Origin: Actinomycetota bacterium
Lineage (GTDB): Bacteria; Actinomycetota; CALGFH01
Length of the DNA stretch: 35,093 bases
Direction: 5' to 3'
NCBI GenBank assembly: GCA_035550755.1
Contig: DASZON010000036.1
Coordinates: 1 to 35,093, forward strand
In this document: in pieces, positions 27,563-35,093 of the stretch
How the letters are laid out: each line of letters begins with the position of its first letter
Position numbering within the stretch: the first letter of the stretch is position 1
The notes under the pieces: generated by a model
Told to the model about the DNA's origin: nothing
Databases searched by the model: none
What the model saw: the letters and a program-made list of their open reading frames with translations, nothing else
Program-made: the position numbers and the translations under genes

Positions 27563-29169
27563 GCAGCCGGTCCTCCCGGGCCGAGACGACCTCGGGAACC
27601 GGTGTCATGCTGCGCTTCCTGCTGCGGCTGGACCGGTTCCGGCTGCCGTGGTGGCTGCTCGGCGCCGGCCTGCTGGTCGGCTACCAGTCCGCGGGCAGCC
27701 AAAGCATCTACGACACCCCCCAGGACCTCGCCAAGTTGCGGCAGACGATGGGCGGCAACGCCGCGGTGGTGGCAATGAGCGGCCCCAGCCAGCTGCTGGC
27801 CACCATCGGCGGGGAGATCGTGTTCGAGATCCTCTCCTACGTGGCGATCGTCGTCGCGCTCATGAACATGTTCCTGATCTGCCGGCACACCCGCACCGAC
27901 GAGGAGACCGGCCGGGCCGAGCTCGTCCGCTCGGCCCAGGTGGGCCGCCGCGCCCCCCTGGCTGCCGCCCTGTGCCTGGCCGGCCTGGCCAACCTGGCGG
28001 TGGCGGTGGTGGTGTTCGCCGCGGCCGCGGGGACCGGACTGCCGGCTGGCGGGTCGGTGCTGCTCGGCCTGGCGGTTGCCGGGGTCGGGCTCACCTTCGC
28101 CGCGGTGACCGCGGCCGCCGCGCAGGCGTTCGAGAACCACCGTGCCGTCTACGGGGCCGTGGCCGCCGTTCTCGGCGCCTCCTGGGTGCTACGGGCGGCC
28201 GGGGACGCCGGCAACGGGACCCTGTCGTGGCTGTCCCCGATCGGGTGGAGTCAGCAGACCCTGCCCTATGCCGGCGACCGCTGGTGGCCGCTGCTGCTCC
28301 ACCTCGCCGCCACGGCGCTGCTGGTCGCGGTCGCGGTCGCCCTGCTGGACCGGCGCGACTTCGCCGCCGGGCTGCGTCCGCCCCGGCCGGGACGCGCCAG
28401 CGCGTCGCGGGCGTTGGGCTCCTCGCTGGGCCTTGCCTGGCGCCTGCAGCGCGGACCGGTCATCGGCTGGGCGATCGGCCTGTTCCTGCTGGGGGCGGCC
28501 TACGGCTCGTTCGCCGACTCCTTCGACGACTTCGTCGCCGACTACCCGGAGGTCGCCCAGTACCTGGGCGGCACGGCCAATGTCGTCAACGCGGGCCTGG
28601 CCCTGACCACGCTGATGTGCGTCCTGCTGGCGGCGGCGTTCGGGGTCACCAGCGCCATGCGGGCGCGCACCGAGGAGACCTCGGGGCGGGCCGAGCCGGT
28701 GCTGGCCACCCGGACCAGCCGCTGGGCCTGGCTCACCAGTCACCTCACCGTGGCCCTGGTCGGCAGCGCGGTCATGCTGGTGGCGGCCGGCTTCGGCCAA
28801 GGGCTTGCCTACGGCATGAGCATCTCCGACGCCGGCCAGATCCCACGGCTGATCGGGGTCGCGCTGGTCTATCTGCCCGCGGTGTGGGTGGTGATCGGGC
28901 TCGCCGCGGTGGGGTTCGGCTGGCTGCCGCGCATCGCCGCCGCGCTGGCCTGGACGGCCGTCGGCTATTGCGCGGTGGTGGCGCTGTTCGGGGACTCCTT
29001 CGACCTGCCCGCCTGGTTCCAGCAGGCCTCCCCGTTCACCCATACCCCCGAGTCGCCCTTGGAGGGCGTCACGGCGGCGCCGCTGCTCGCCATCGGGGCG
29101 ATCGTCGTGCTGCTCGTTGTCGGCGGCCTCGCCGGATTCCGCCGCCGCGACCTCGCCAGCAGTGCCTGA
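27559..29169 (+). CDS. ABC-2 type exporter permease (about 12 TM)
   Basis: The start is trimmed to ATG 27559, which overlaps the ATPase stop (ATGA). The 536-aa protein is highly hydrophobic with a duplicated 6-TM layout. Confidence 0.8.
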
Positions 29170-29190
29170 TCGCCTGCTGGCGCGGCCGGG

Positions 29191-29706
29191 TCACCCGAGG
29201 CGAGCTGCGCCGGCACGATCCCGCGGCGATGCTGGGCAGGCGTGGTCCGCGCGGGCATGCCGGGCCAGGGCAGCGACCAGGTCACCGGTGGCGATGGTCC
29301 CCACCGGATGGCCGTGACCGTCCACCACTGGCAGCACGTCCAGGTGCTGTTCGTCCATCAGCCGCGCCGCCTCGACCAGCGGCTGGTCGGCCGCCACCAC
29401 GAGCGGGCTGGCGCGCATCAGCTGCCACACCCGCAGGCTGGCGAGCAGCCGCTGATGACGCAGGGATGGCCCGGGGAGCTGGGGCAGCGGCCGGCCGGGC
29501 AGGGACCGGGCGAGCACGTCCCCCAGCGTGACCACGCCGACCATCCGTCCACGGTGCAGCACCGCCGCCCCGGCCACGCCCCGGGCCAGCTGGCGGGCGG
29601 CCACATCGGCGGGTGTGTCGGCGTCCAACACCAGCACCGGGGTGGTCATGGCGTCGCCGACCGTGCCCAGCAGGTGGTCCGAATCAGGATGGTGGTCGGT
29701 GAGCAT
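29191..29706 (-). CDS. CBS-pair domain protein (stand-alone)
   Basis: The start is trimmed to ATG 29706, after GAAGGAGG. Two CBS repeats are present (VGDAMTTPVLVL...GAAVLH...GVVTLGDVL and VWQLMRASPLVV...LDVLPVVD...GTIATGDLV). Confidence 0.8.
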   Translation of the reverse strand: MLTDHHPDSDHLLGTVGDAMTTPVLVLDADTPADVAARQLARGVAGAAVLHRGRMVGVVTLGDVLARSLPGRPLPQLPGPSLRHQRLLASLRVWQLMRASPLVVAADQPLVEAARLMDEQHLDVLPVVDGHGHPVGTIATGDLVAALARHARADHACPASPRDRAGAARLG

Positions 29707-29785
29707 GACGATCAACCTCCTTCGTCCCGACCAGCCTCCCAGCTTCCCGGCCCCGGCGCCGCCGCCGATCGGCACCCTTTCTCCA

Positions 29786-29799
29786 GGACCTTCGTTCCC
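29786..29799. promoter_or_regulatory. single weaker box (minus sense GGGAACGAAGGTCC)
   Basis: The box ends 93 nt upstream of ATG 29706. The partner position 23 bp away (29809-29822, GGGCGAGCAGGGTC) is only a half match. Confidence 0.25.
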
Positions 29800-30073
29800 T
29801 CGGCAGGTGGGCGAGCAGGGTCGAGCCAGAATCACCCCAGGTTGGTCCAGGTCATCCCGACGCGGATCCCCGCAGATCAGGCTGATCCTGGCCGCTGCGA
29901 CCGCATCGGTCGCGGCGGTGGCATCGGTGGCCGGCTCCAGCGGCTGGGGTCGGAAGGGTGGCCGCCCGCGGTCACGCGCCCGGTTGTCGGCCGGCCGACA
30001 TGAGCGAGCACCAGCAGCCGCACCCCAGCCGCCTCGGCGACATGCACCACGCTGGCCACCGCCTCCGGCCGGA

Positions 30074-30110
30074 GGGACCTTCGGGTATGGGATTCCGGGA
30101 CGCTTGCCTC
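30074..30110. promoter_or_regulatory. box pair: 30074-30087 GGGACCTTCGGGTA and 30097-30110 GGGACGCTTGCCTC
   Basis: The boxes are 23 bp apart. The proximal box starts 89 nt upstream of the Hsp20 ATG 30186. The left half-sites are perfect and the right half-sites are degenerate. Confidence 0.4.
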
Positions 30111-30185
30111 TCGGCACGGTCCAGCGCTCGGACTGCCGTGGCAGGTGGAGCCAGGCCAACCAGCCAGGGGAGGAGGTGACGAACC

Positions 30186-30628
30186 ATGGCGCTGGTCCGT
30201 CGACACCCGTTGACGGTCGCCGAGTGTGACCCTTGGGCGGCTGGATCCGGGACTGGCCGGAGCTGTTCCGGTCGTTCCGGTCGCTGCTGGCTGAGGACCA
30301 GCTCGGGGTCGAGGAGTTCCTCCACGGCGACACGCTCATCATCCGCGCCGAGCTGCCCGGGATCGACCCGGACACCGACGTCGAGCTGACCATCGGCGAT
30401 GGCATGCTCCACCTCCACGCCGAGCGGCGCCAGGAGCAGCAGCTCGAGGACAAGGACCTGGTTCGCTGTGAGCTGCGCTAGGGTGCGTTCACGCGCACCC
30501 TGCCGCTGCCGGTCGGGGCGACCGAGGAGGACATCGACGCCTCCTCCAAGGCGGGGATCCTGGAGGTCCGCGTCCCGGTCGACACCAAGAAGGCGGCCGC
30601 GACCAAGCTCTCGGTCCGCACCACCTGA
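30186..30628 (+). pseudogene. Hsp20/alpha-crystallin small heat-shock gene, disrupted (frameshift + in-frame TAG)
   Basis: A strong GGAGGAGG SD precedes ATG 30186, which gives MALVRRHPLTV... The alpha-crystallin domain (DWPELFRSF...LIIRAELPGIDPDTDVELTIGDGMLHLHAERR) is in another frame. TAG 30479-30481 sits where the family has Tyr (ELR*GAFTRTLPLPVGATEEDIDASSKAGILEVRVPV). The reading frame continues to TGA 30626-30628. Confidence 0.7.
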
Positions 30629-30647
30629 CGGGCGCACGCCTGTTCCG

Positions 30648-30681
30648 GCCCCGGCCCCGGCCACGCTGCCGGGGCCGGGGC
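30648..30681 (+). terminator. GC-rich hairpin downstream of Hsp20
   Basis: There is a perfect 13-bp stem, GCCCCGGCCCCGG (30648-30660) paired with CCGGGGCCGGGGC (30669-30681), and an 8-nt loop. It begins 20 nt after the stop. No U-tract follows, which is common in high-GC actinobacteria. Confidence 0.5.
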
Positions 30682-30687
30682 GTGCGG

Positions 30688-30724
30688 CGGCCGTGCGGCC
30701 CAGACAAGCCGAGGCGTTCGCCTC
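30688..30724. promoter_or_regulatory. box pair: 30688-30701 CGGCCGTGCGGCCC and 30711-30724 GAGGCGTTCGCCTC
   Basis: The boxes are 23 bp apart. The proximal box starts 90 nt upstream of ATG 30801. The proximal box shares the CGTTCGCC core with 7750-7763. Confidence 0.4.
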
Positions 30725-30800
30725 TCGGCGGTGGCTGGCGAACCGGGGAGGATGAGGATCCGAACGCCATCCCCTAGGCGCCGCCGGAGGAGTGAGTGGC

Positions 30801-32180
30801 ATGGGGTTCCGAGATCGCGCCGACGCGGGCCGCCAGCTGGCCTGGCGACTCCAGCAGTACCGGACAGAGGTGCCGGTGGTGGTGGGCCTGCCCCGTGGCG
30901 GGGTGCCGGTCGCGGCCGAGGTGGCCCGTGCGCTGGGGGCGCCGCTGGATGTCGTGGTCGTCCGTAAGCTGGGCTGCCCCTGGCAGCCCGAGCTGGCCCT
31001 GGGCGCCGTCGGCGAGGACGGCGCCCTGGTCCTCAACCCCGCCCTGATCGCCGGCATCGGCCTGGCCCCCCAGGACCTCGCCGGCGTCGTCTGGGCCGAA
31101 CGCGGCGAGCTGGCCCGGCGCCTGGCCCACTACCGCGGGAACCGGCCGGCGGTGCCGGTCGCGGGCCGCACCGTCATCGTGGTCGACGACGGGCTGGCGA
31201 CCGGCGCCACCGCCCGCGCCGCGATCGGGGTCCTCCGCCAGCGGGGGGCTCGGCGCATCGTGCTGGCGGTACCGGTGGCGCCCCCCGAGACGGTCGAGGC
31301 GCTGGGTGCCGTCGCCGACGAGGTGGTCGCCCTGGACACCCCGAGGGCGTTCCTGGCCATCGGCCAGCGCTATGACGACTTCACCCAGACCAGCGACCAG
31401 GAGGTCACCCGGCTGCTGGGGGCCCGGGAGCCGGCACCGGCCCTGGCCAGCACCGGAACCCAAGATGCTCCCGCCCGCGAGTGCGGCATCGACCTCGGCC
31501 GGGTGCGGCTGGCCGGCGAGCTGGTCACCCCGCGCTCCCCGATCGGGATCGTGGTGTTCGCCCACGGCAGCGGCAGCAGCCGCCACAGCCCCCGCAACCG
31601 CCAGGTCGCCCACGTCCTCAACCACAGCCGGCTGGCCACCCTGCTGGTGGACCTGCTCACCCCGGCCGAGGCGAGGGACCGCGGCAACGTCTTCGACATC
31701 GAGCTGCTCGCCCGGCGGCTGGTCGGCACGACCCGCTGGCTCCAGGCCCAGCCCGAGGCCGGCGGCCTCCCGGTCGGGTTCTTTGGGGCCAGCACCGGCG
31801 CCGCGGCCGCCCTGTGGGCCACCGCCGACCTCGGCGACCAGATCCGGGCGGTGGTGTCCCGCGGCGGCCGTCCCGACCTGGCCGCCCCCAGGCTTGGCGA
31901 GGTGCGAGCCCCGACCCTGCTGGTCGTGGGGGGCCGCGACCCCCAGGTGCTGGAGCTCAACCGCCAGGCCCAGGCCCAGCTGCGCGGTCCGACCACCCTC
32001 CAGGTCATCGCCGGGGCCGGCCACCTGTTCGAGGAACCCGGCGCCCTGGACCGGGTGGCCGCCCTGGCCGCCGCCTGGTTCCGCCACCACCTCCCCCACC
32101 CCAGCCCCGCCCGGCCCGAACAGGCACTCCGGCATCCATCCGAGCCGAGCAGCCGGCCCCTCGCCATGCTCCAAGGGTGA
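30801..32180 (+). CDS. phosphoribosyltransferase domain fused to dienelactone-hydrolase-like alpha/beta hydrolase
   Basis: A GGAGGAG SD precedes ATG 30801. The N-terminal PRTase has FRDRADAGRQLA, VVGLPRGGVPVA and the PRPP loop VIVVDDGLATGAT. The C-terminal hydrolase has VVFAHGSGSSRHSPRN, the nucleophile elbow GASTGAAAAL and GAGHLFEEPG. Confidence 0.85.
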   Translation: MGFRDRADAGRQLAWRLQQYRTEVPVVVGLPRGGVPVAAEVARALGAPLDVVVVRKLGCPWQPELALGAVGEDGALVLNPALIAGIGLAPQDLAGVVWAERGELARRLAHYRGNRPAVPVAGRTVIVVDDGLATGATARAAIGVLRQRGARRIVLAVPVAPPETVEALGAVADEVVALDTPRAFLAIGQRYDDFTQTSDQEVTRLLGAREPAPALASTGTQDAPARECGIDLGRVRLAGELVTPRSPIGIVVFAHGSGSSRHSPRNRQVAHVLNHSRLATLLVDLLTPAEARDRGNVFDIELLARRLVGTTRWLQAQPEAGGLPVGFFGASTGAAAALWATADLGDQIRAVVSRGGRPDLAAPRLGEVRAPTLLVVGGRDPQVLELNRQAQAQLRGPTTLQVIAGAGHLFEEPGALDRVAALAAAWFRHHLPHPSPARPEQALRHPSEPSSRPLAMLQG

Positions 32181-32272
32181 TCGCCGGAGCCGACCAGCTG
32201 TTGCCTGTCGTCTCTGACCGGGTCAGCTTCCGGCTGGGGAAGTCCAAGGACCGGCCGGCTGGTCTGGTTGGT

Positions 32273-33412
32273 TCAGTAGCGGAGGATGGCTGCCGGTCGG
32301 GCCTCGTGCGCCGGGAGGGGGTAGGCGCTGCCGCCGTGGCGGAGGGTCTCGACCGCGGCCAGATCCAGCAGGTCGACAGCTCCCGGGCGGACGCGCCGAT
32401 GGAGCTGGGCCGCGCCGGTCGCCGGGTCCACACTGCCCCAACGCTCGGTGCCCATGGGGACCAGCAGCGACTCGACCCGGCCGCCGAGGGCCGCCGCCAC
32501 GATCCGGCGCAGGTCGCTGGTGGCCCGGCCGCGCCGCTCCAGGGCCCGGCAGCGCCCAGCGACCGCCCGCTGGTCGCTTCGGAACCGGTCAGCGACCAAG
32601 GCCCAGGCCCGCCGGTGCAGCTCGCGGGCGCCGAGGTGGTCGGGGTTGCCCGACAGGCCCCCCTCCAGGATCTCGGGATAGGCGCTGGCGGCCCGGTACA
32701 GCGGCCGCAGGTAGTCCACCCCGGCCAGCACCAACGGCGCCCGCCGGTCGCTGACCGCATGCTGGAGCCCATGGTCGACCTCGCGGAACAAGCGCAGGAC
32801 GCGGTCCTTGGCGTCGTCGGTCCCCACCCCGTGGCCATGGAAGACCACCGCCGGCCGACCCCCGGGCCGCGCCGGGCCACTCTGGTGCAGCTGGAGCTGC
32901 TCGGCGCGGTCCTCCAGGCGCATCGTCTCGTCCAGGCCGGCCAGGACCTCGGGCAGCTCAAGCTCGCGGAGGCCGTCCCGGTCGCCGGCGAACAGCCGCA
33001 CCCGGTGCTGGCTGAGGGCGAGCAGGTAGAACCGGCCGTCGCCACCCAGCAGGGGCAGCAGCGGCTTGACATGAAAGCGGTCGCCGACCACCACCAGCTG
33101 GCGTGGTCGGTAGGGCAGCCGTAGCCGCCGGGCGCCGCCGCCGGCCAGGAACAACGCCAGGCCACCAGCGGCCGCGTCCCGCCAGAAGGCCGCGTCGGCG
33201 GTCAGCTCCAGGCCGGGGGCGAGCAGGTCCCTGGCCTGGGAATGGCGCACGCCGCCAGCCAGCCGGTGCTCGGCCTCGCGGAGCAGGTTCCGCAGCCGGA
33301 TCGGGTCCTGCTCGGTGTCGCCCGGTGGATGGGTTGGCAGGAAGATCGACACACGCCGGCCGCCACGCTCATCGGCGAGTGCGACCAGCCCCTGGGTGGT
33401 GAGCAGCCGCAT
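32273..33412 (-). CDS. eRF1/Pelota-like (bacterial archaeo-eukaryotic release-factor-like) family protein
   Basis: The start is trimmed to ATG 33412, 7 nt after AAGGGAGG. The 379-aa protein opens with VSIFLPTHPPGDTEQDPIRLRNLLREAE, which I recognise as typical of this family (the family of M. tuberculosis Rv2629). The assignment is from memory only. Confidence 0.55.
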   Translation of the reverse strand: MRLLTTQGLVALADERGGRRVSIFLPTHPPGDTEQDPIRLRNLLREAEHRLAGGVRHSQARDLLAPGLELTADAAFWRDAAAGGLALFLAGGGARRLRLPYRPRQLVVVGDRFHVKPLLPLLGGDGRFYLLALSQHRVRLFAGDRDGLRELELPEVLAGLDETMRLEDRAEQLQLHQSGPARPGGRPAVVFHGHGVGTDDAKDRVLRLFREVDHGLQHAVSDRRAPLVLAGVDYLRPLYRAASAYPEILEGGLSGNPDHLGARELHRRAWALVADRFRSDQRAVAGRCRALERRGRATSDLRRIVAAALGGRVESLLVPMGTERWGSVDPATGAAQLHRRVRPGAVDLLDLAAVETLRHGGSAYPLPAHEARPAAILRY

Positions 33413-33431
33413 CGAAAGTACCTCCCTTGTC

Positions 33432-33452
33432 GCACCCGAGGAGCGCGGGTGC
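33432..33452 (-). other. intercistronic hairpin between the dehydrogenase and eRF1-like genes
   Basis: GCACCCG (33432-33438) and CGGGTGC (33446-33452) form a perfect 7-bp stem with a 7-nt loop. The hairpin lies in the 55-nt gap, just 5' of the eRF1-like SD on the minus-strand transcript. Confidence 0.35.
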
Positions 33453-33467
33453 ACCGGCACGCCTGGT

Positions 33468-34577
33468 TCAGGCGCGGCGGCGGTAGCTGGTGGCCTCGGT
33501 GACCCGGGCCCGGGCCAGGTCCTCAGCCGCCTCCCGGGGCGTGACCCCTCGCTCTGCCGCGTCGGCCAGCACCTGGGCGGTGTTGGCCGCGACCTTGTCC
33601 TGGACCAGGGCCAGCGCCTGGGCCTGGGTCCCGCCCCGGTACTCGACACTGGCGCAGATCACCCCGCCGGCGTTGGCGATGATGTCGGGCACCACCAGCA
33701 CCCCACGCTTGTGCAACAACAACTCGGCCTCGGCGGTGGCCGGGATGTTGGCCCCCTCCAGCACCACCGCGGCCCGCACCCGCTCGGCGGTGGCGGCATC
33801 CAGCACATCGGGCCGGGCGGCCGGGACCAGCAGGTCGCAGTCCACCCCCAGCAGGTCGTCGCGGGGCATCGGCGAGCCACCCTCGAATGCCCCCACCGAG
33901 CCGCCCTCGGCCTTCCAGGCGCCCAGCGCGGCCACCTCCAGGCCCTCGGGGTTGGCCACCGCCCCAGCCGAGTCCGAGGCCGCCACCAGCACCGCCCCCC
34001 GCTCGGCCAGGAACCGGGCGGCGTTGGCGCCCACCGCCCCGAACCCCTGCACCGCCACCCGGGCACCCTCCAGGCGGAGATAACCGGCCTCCTGGACCAC
34101 GTCGGCGCAGGCGGCCAGGCCCAGGCCGGTCGCACCGACCTCGTCCAGGGGGATCCCGCCCAGCACCGCCGGCAGGCCGACCGCCCGGCCGATCTCGTCA
34201 TGGATCCAGCCCATACAGGCCTCGTCGGTGCCCATGTCCGGACCCGGGACGTACTCGGCCAGACCGGCGATCGCCCGCGCGAACGACCGCACCAGCCGCT
34301 GCTTGGCAGCCCGGCCCATCCCCGGGTCGGCGCAAATGCCGGCCTTGCCGCCCCCATAGGGCAGCCCAGCGGCGGCATTCTTCAACGTCATCGCCCGAGC
34401 CAGCCGCATGACCTCCTCAACGGTGACGTCAGCGGCCATCCGGACCCCCCCGATGGCCAGCCCGGCAGCCAGATTGTCGACCACCACCACCGCCCGCAAC
34501 CCAACAGCGGGATCCCCGACCAGCACAACCTTCACCGGACCCAGGTCGCCCCACAACTCACCCCATCGACCCTCCAT
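33468..34577 (-). CDS. Glu/Leu/Phe/Val dehydrogenase family protein (short, about 369 aa)
   Basis: A GAGGAGG SD is present, with ATG 34577 (or GTG 34580) as start. The catalytic-Lys region LPYGGGKAG and the NAD(P) fold VAVQGFGAVGANAARFL are present. The length fits the short Leu/Val/Glu dehydrogenase group. Confidence 0.85.
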   Translation of the reverse strand: MEGRWGELWGDLGPVKVVLVGDPAVGLRAVVVVDNLAAGLAIGGVRMAADVTVEEVMRLARAMTLKNAAAGLPYGGGKAGICADPGMGRAAKQRLVRSFARAIAGLAEYVPGPDMGTDEACMGWIHDEIGRAVGLPAVLGGIPLDEVGATGLGLAACADVVQEAGYLRLEGARVAVQGFGAVGANAARFLAERGAVLVAASDSAGAVANPEGLEVAALGAWKAEGGSVGAFEGGSPMPRDDLLGVDCDLLVPAARPDVLDAATAERVRAAVVLEGANIPATAEAELLLHKRGVLVVPDIIANAGGVICASVEYRGGTQAQALALVQDKVAANTAQVLADAAERGVTPREAAEDLARARVTEATSYRRRA

Positions 34578-34680
34578 CACCGGAACCTCCTCTCAGGCCC
34601 GGCACCGACGTCACCATGGCCCACCGGGCCACCGGACCTCGGTGCATCCTCAACCTAGCCCGTGACCGGCCTCCGGGGCA

Positions 34681-34694
34681 GAGGCGAAGGTCCC
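34681..34694. promoter_or_regulatory. single box GAGGCGAAGGTCCC (minus sense GGGACCTTCGCCTC)
   Basis: The box lies about 104-117 nt upstream of the dehydrogenase start. It shares the 10-mer GGGACCTTCG with the boxes at 30074 and 4335(-). Confidence 0.3.
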
Positions 34695-34804
34695 GCTCCC
34701 GCCGTGCCGACTCACGGCCCGCGGATGGGCCCACGCCCTTCACCGCTCGTGAGCCTGCTCGACGGTGAGCGGTGGGAGCGGCCCTCGCGCCACCCGGGAA
34801 CCGA

Positions 34805-34841
34805 GGGCTGACCGGCACGGGTCGGGTGTGACCATCGGCCC
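34805..34841. promoter_or_regulatory. box pair: 34805-34818 GGGCTGACCGGCAC and 34828-34841 GTGACCATCGGCCC
   Basis: The boxes are 23 bp apart. The proximal box starts 73 nt upstream of ATG 34901. The distal box resembles 9825-9838 (GGGGCGACCGGCCC). The proximal box shares minus-sense TAGGGCCGA with 9863 and 14580. Confidence 0.45.
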
Positions 34842-34900
34842 TACGGCGCGGGCTCGGGAGGCGATCTGATAGGCGTGGAGATGGATCGAAGGAGGATCCG

Positions 34901-35093
34901 ATGCGCAGCCTGGTGAGGGACCTGATGACGACCCCGGTGGTGACCGTCGAGTCCACCACGCCGTTCAAGGAGATCGTGGCCCGGCTCACCCAGCACAAGG
35001 TGAGCGCGGTGCCGGTGGTGGACGACGCCGGGCTGGTGCTCGGTGTCATCTCCGAGGCCGACCTGCTCCTCAAAGAGGAGCACCCCGACCCCG
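34901..35093 (+). CDS. CBS-pair (+BON expected) protein, 5' partial, close paralog of 7831..8523
   Basis: A GAAGGAGGA SD precedes ATG 34901. MRSLVRDLMTTPVVTVESTTPFKEIVARLTQHKVSAVPVVDDAGLVLGVISEADLLLKEEHPDP runs off the window end. It is absent from the ORF track because no stop codon lies in the window. Confidence 0.8.
   Translation, partial: MRSLVRDLMTTPVVTVESTTPFKEIVARLTQHKVSAVPVVDDAGLVLGVISEADLLLKEEHPDP

Noticed and set aside
29707-30185. Possible decayed universal-stress-protein gene in the long spacer. Minus-strand fragments include EAVASVVHVAEAAGVRLLVLAHV and ISLICGDPRRDDLDQ, in different frames.
   Set aside because: The resemblance is limited to short, low-information Ala/Val/Leu-rich strings scattered over different frames. 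I cannot support it without a profile search.
30479-30481. In-frame TAG in Hsp20 as programmed read-through or pyrrolysine-type recoding.
   Set aside because: The same gene also has a frameshift near its 5' end. No pyl-type genes or recoding signals are visible. A pseudogene or sequencing error is the simpler explanation.

Overview
This is a high-GC, densely coding, actinobacterial-type chromosomal segment. I saw no rRNA, tRNA, CRISPR array, transposase, integrase or recognisable defence genes. Many very long ORFs in the track are GC-driven shadow frames and were discarded. Several real genes start at internal ATG/GTG codons that have clear Shine-Dalgarno (SD) sites. The window reads as a stress/dormancy-type island. 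(1) There are nine CBS-domain genes, six of them with CBS-pair+BON architecture, including partial copies at both window edges. (2) There is a complete A/V-type ATPase operon (14964..22796; stalk subunit, C, I, K, F, E, A, B, D). It is preceded by a cysteine-less TusA-like ORF, ends in a translationally coupled universal stress protein (USP), and is divergent from a P2-type cation ATPase. (3) Other genes include a PatA-type GNAT/NDP-forming acyl-CoA synthetase, an acetoacetyl-CoA-reductase-like SDR, FprA, a GCS2 ligase, an FAD oxidoreductase, a PPOX-family protein, a disrupted Hsp20, a phosphoribosyltransferase-hydrolase fusion, an eRF1-like protein, a Glu/Leu/Phe/Val dehydrogenase, and a MarR/GbsR regulator with an ABC-2 exporter. 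The main hunting result is a recurrent 14-bp palindromic box, GGGnC-N4-GnCCC. It usually occurs as two boxes 22-24 bp apart, about 70-90 nt upstream of start codons, in nearly every promoter-bearing intergenic region of the island, including the V-ATPase promoter. Its arms and spacing resemble the mycobacterial DosR/DevR box, and the gene content parallels the M. tuberculosis dormancy regulon. My inference is a DosR-like regulon island that has recruited an A/V-type ATPase and an expanded CBS-BON family. Other notable items are a 57-aa protein with a textbook C2H2 zinc finger coupled to a CBS-BON gene, an Hsp20 gene carrying both a frameshift and an in-frame TAG, and about 650 bp with no convincing gene. 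All functional calls rest on by-eye motif recognition. No database search was run.
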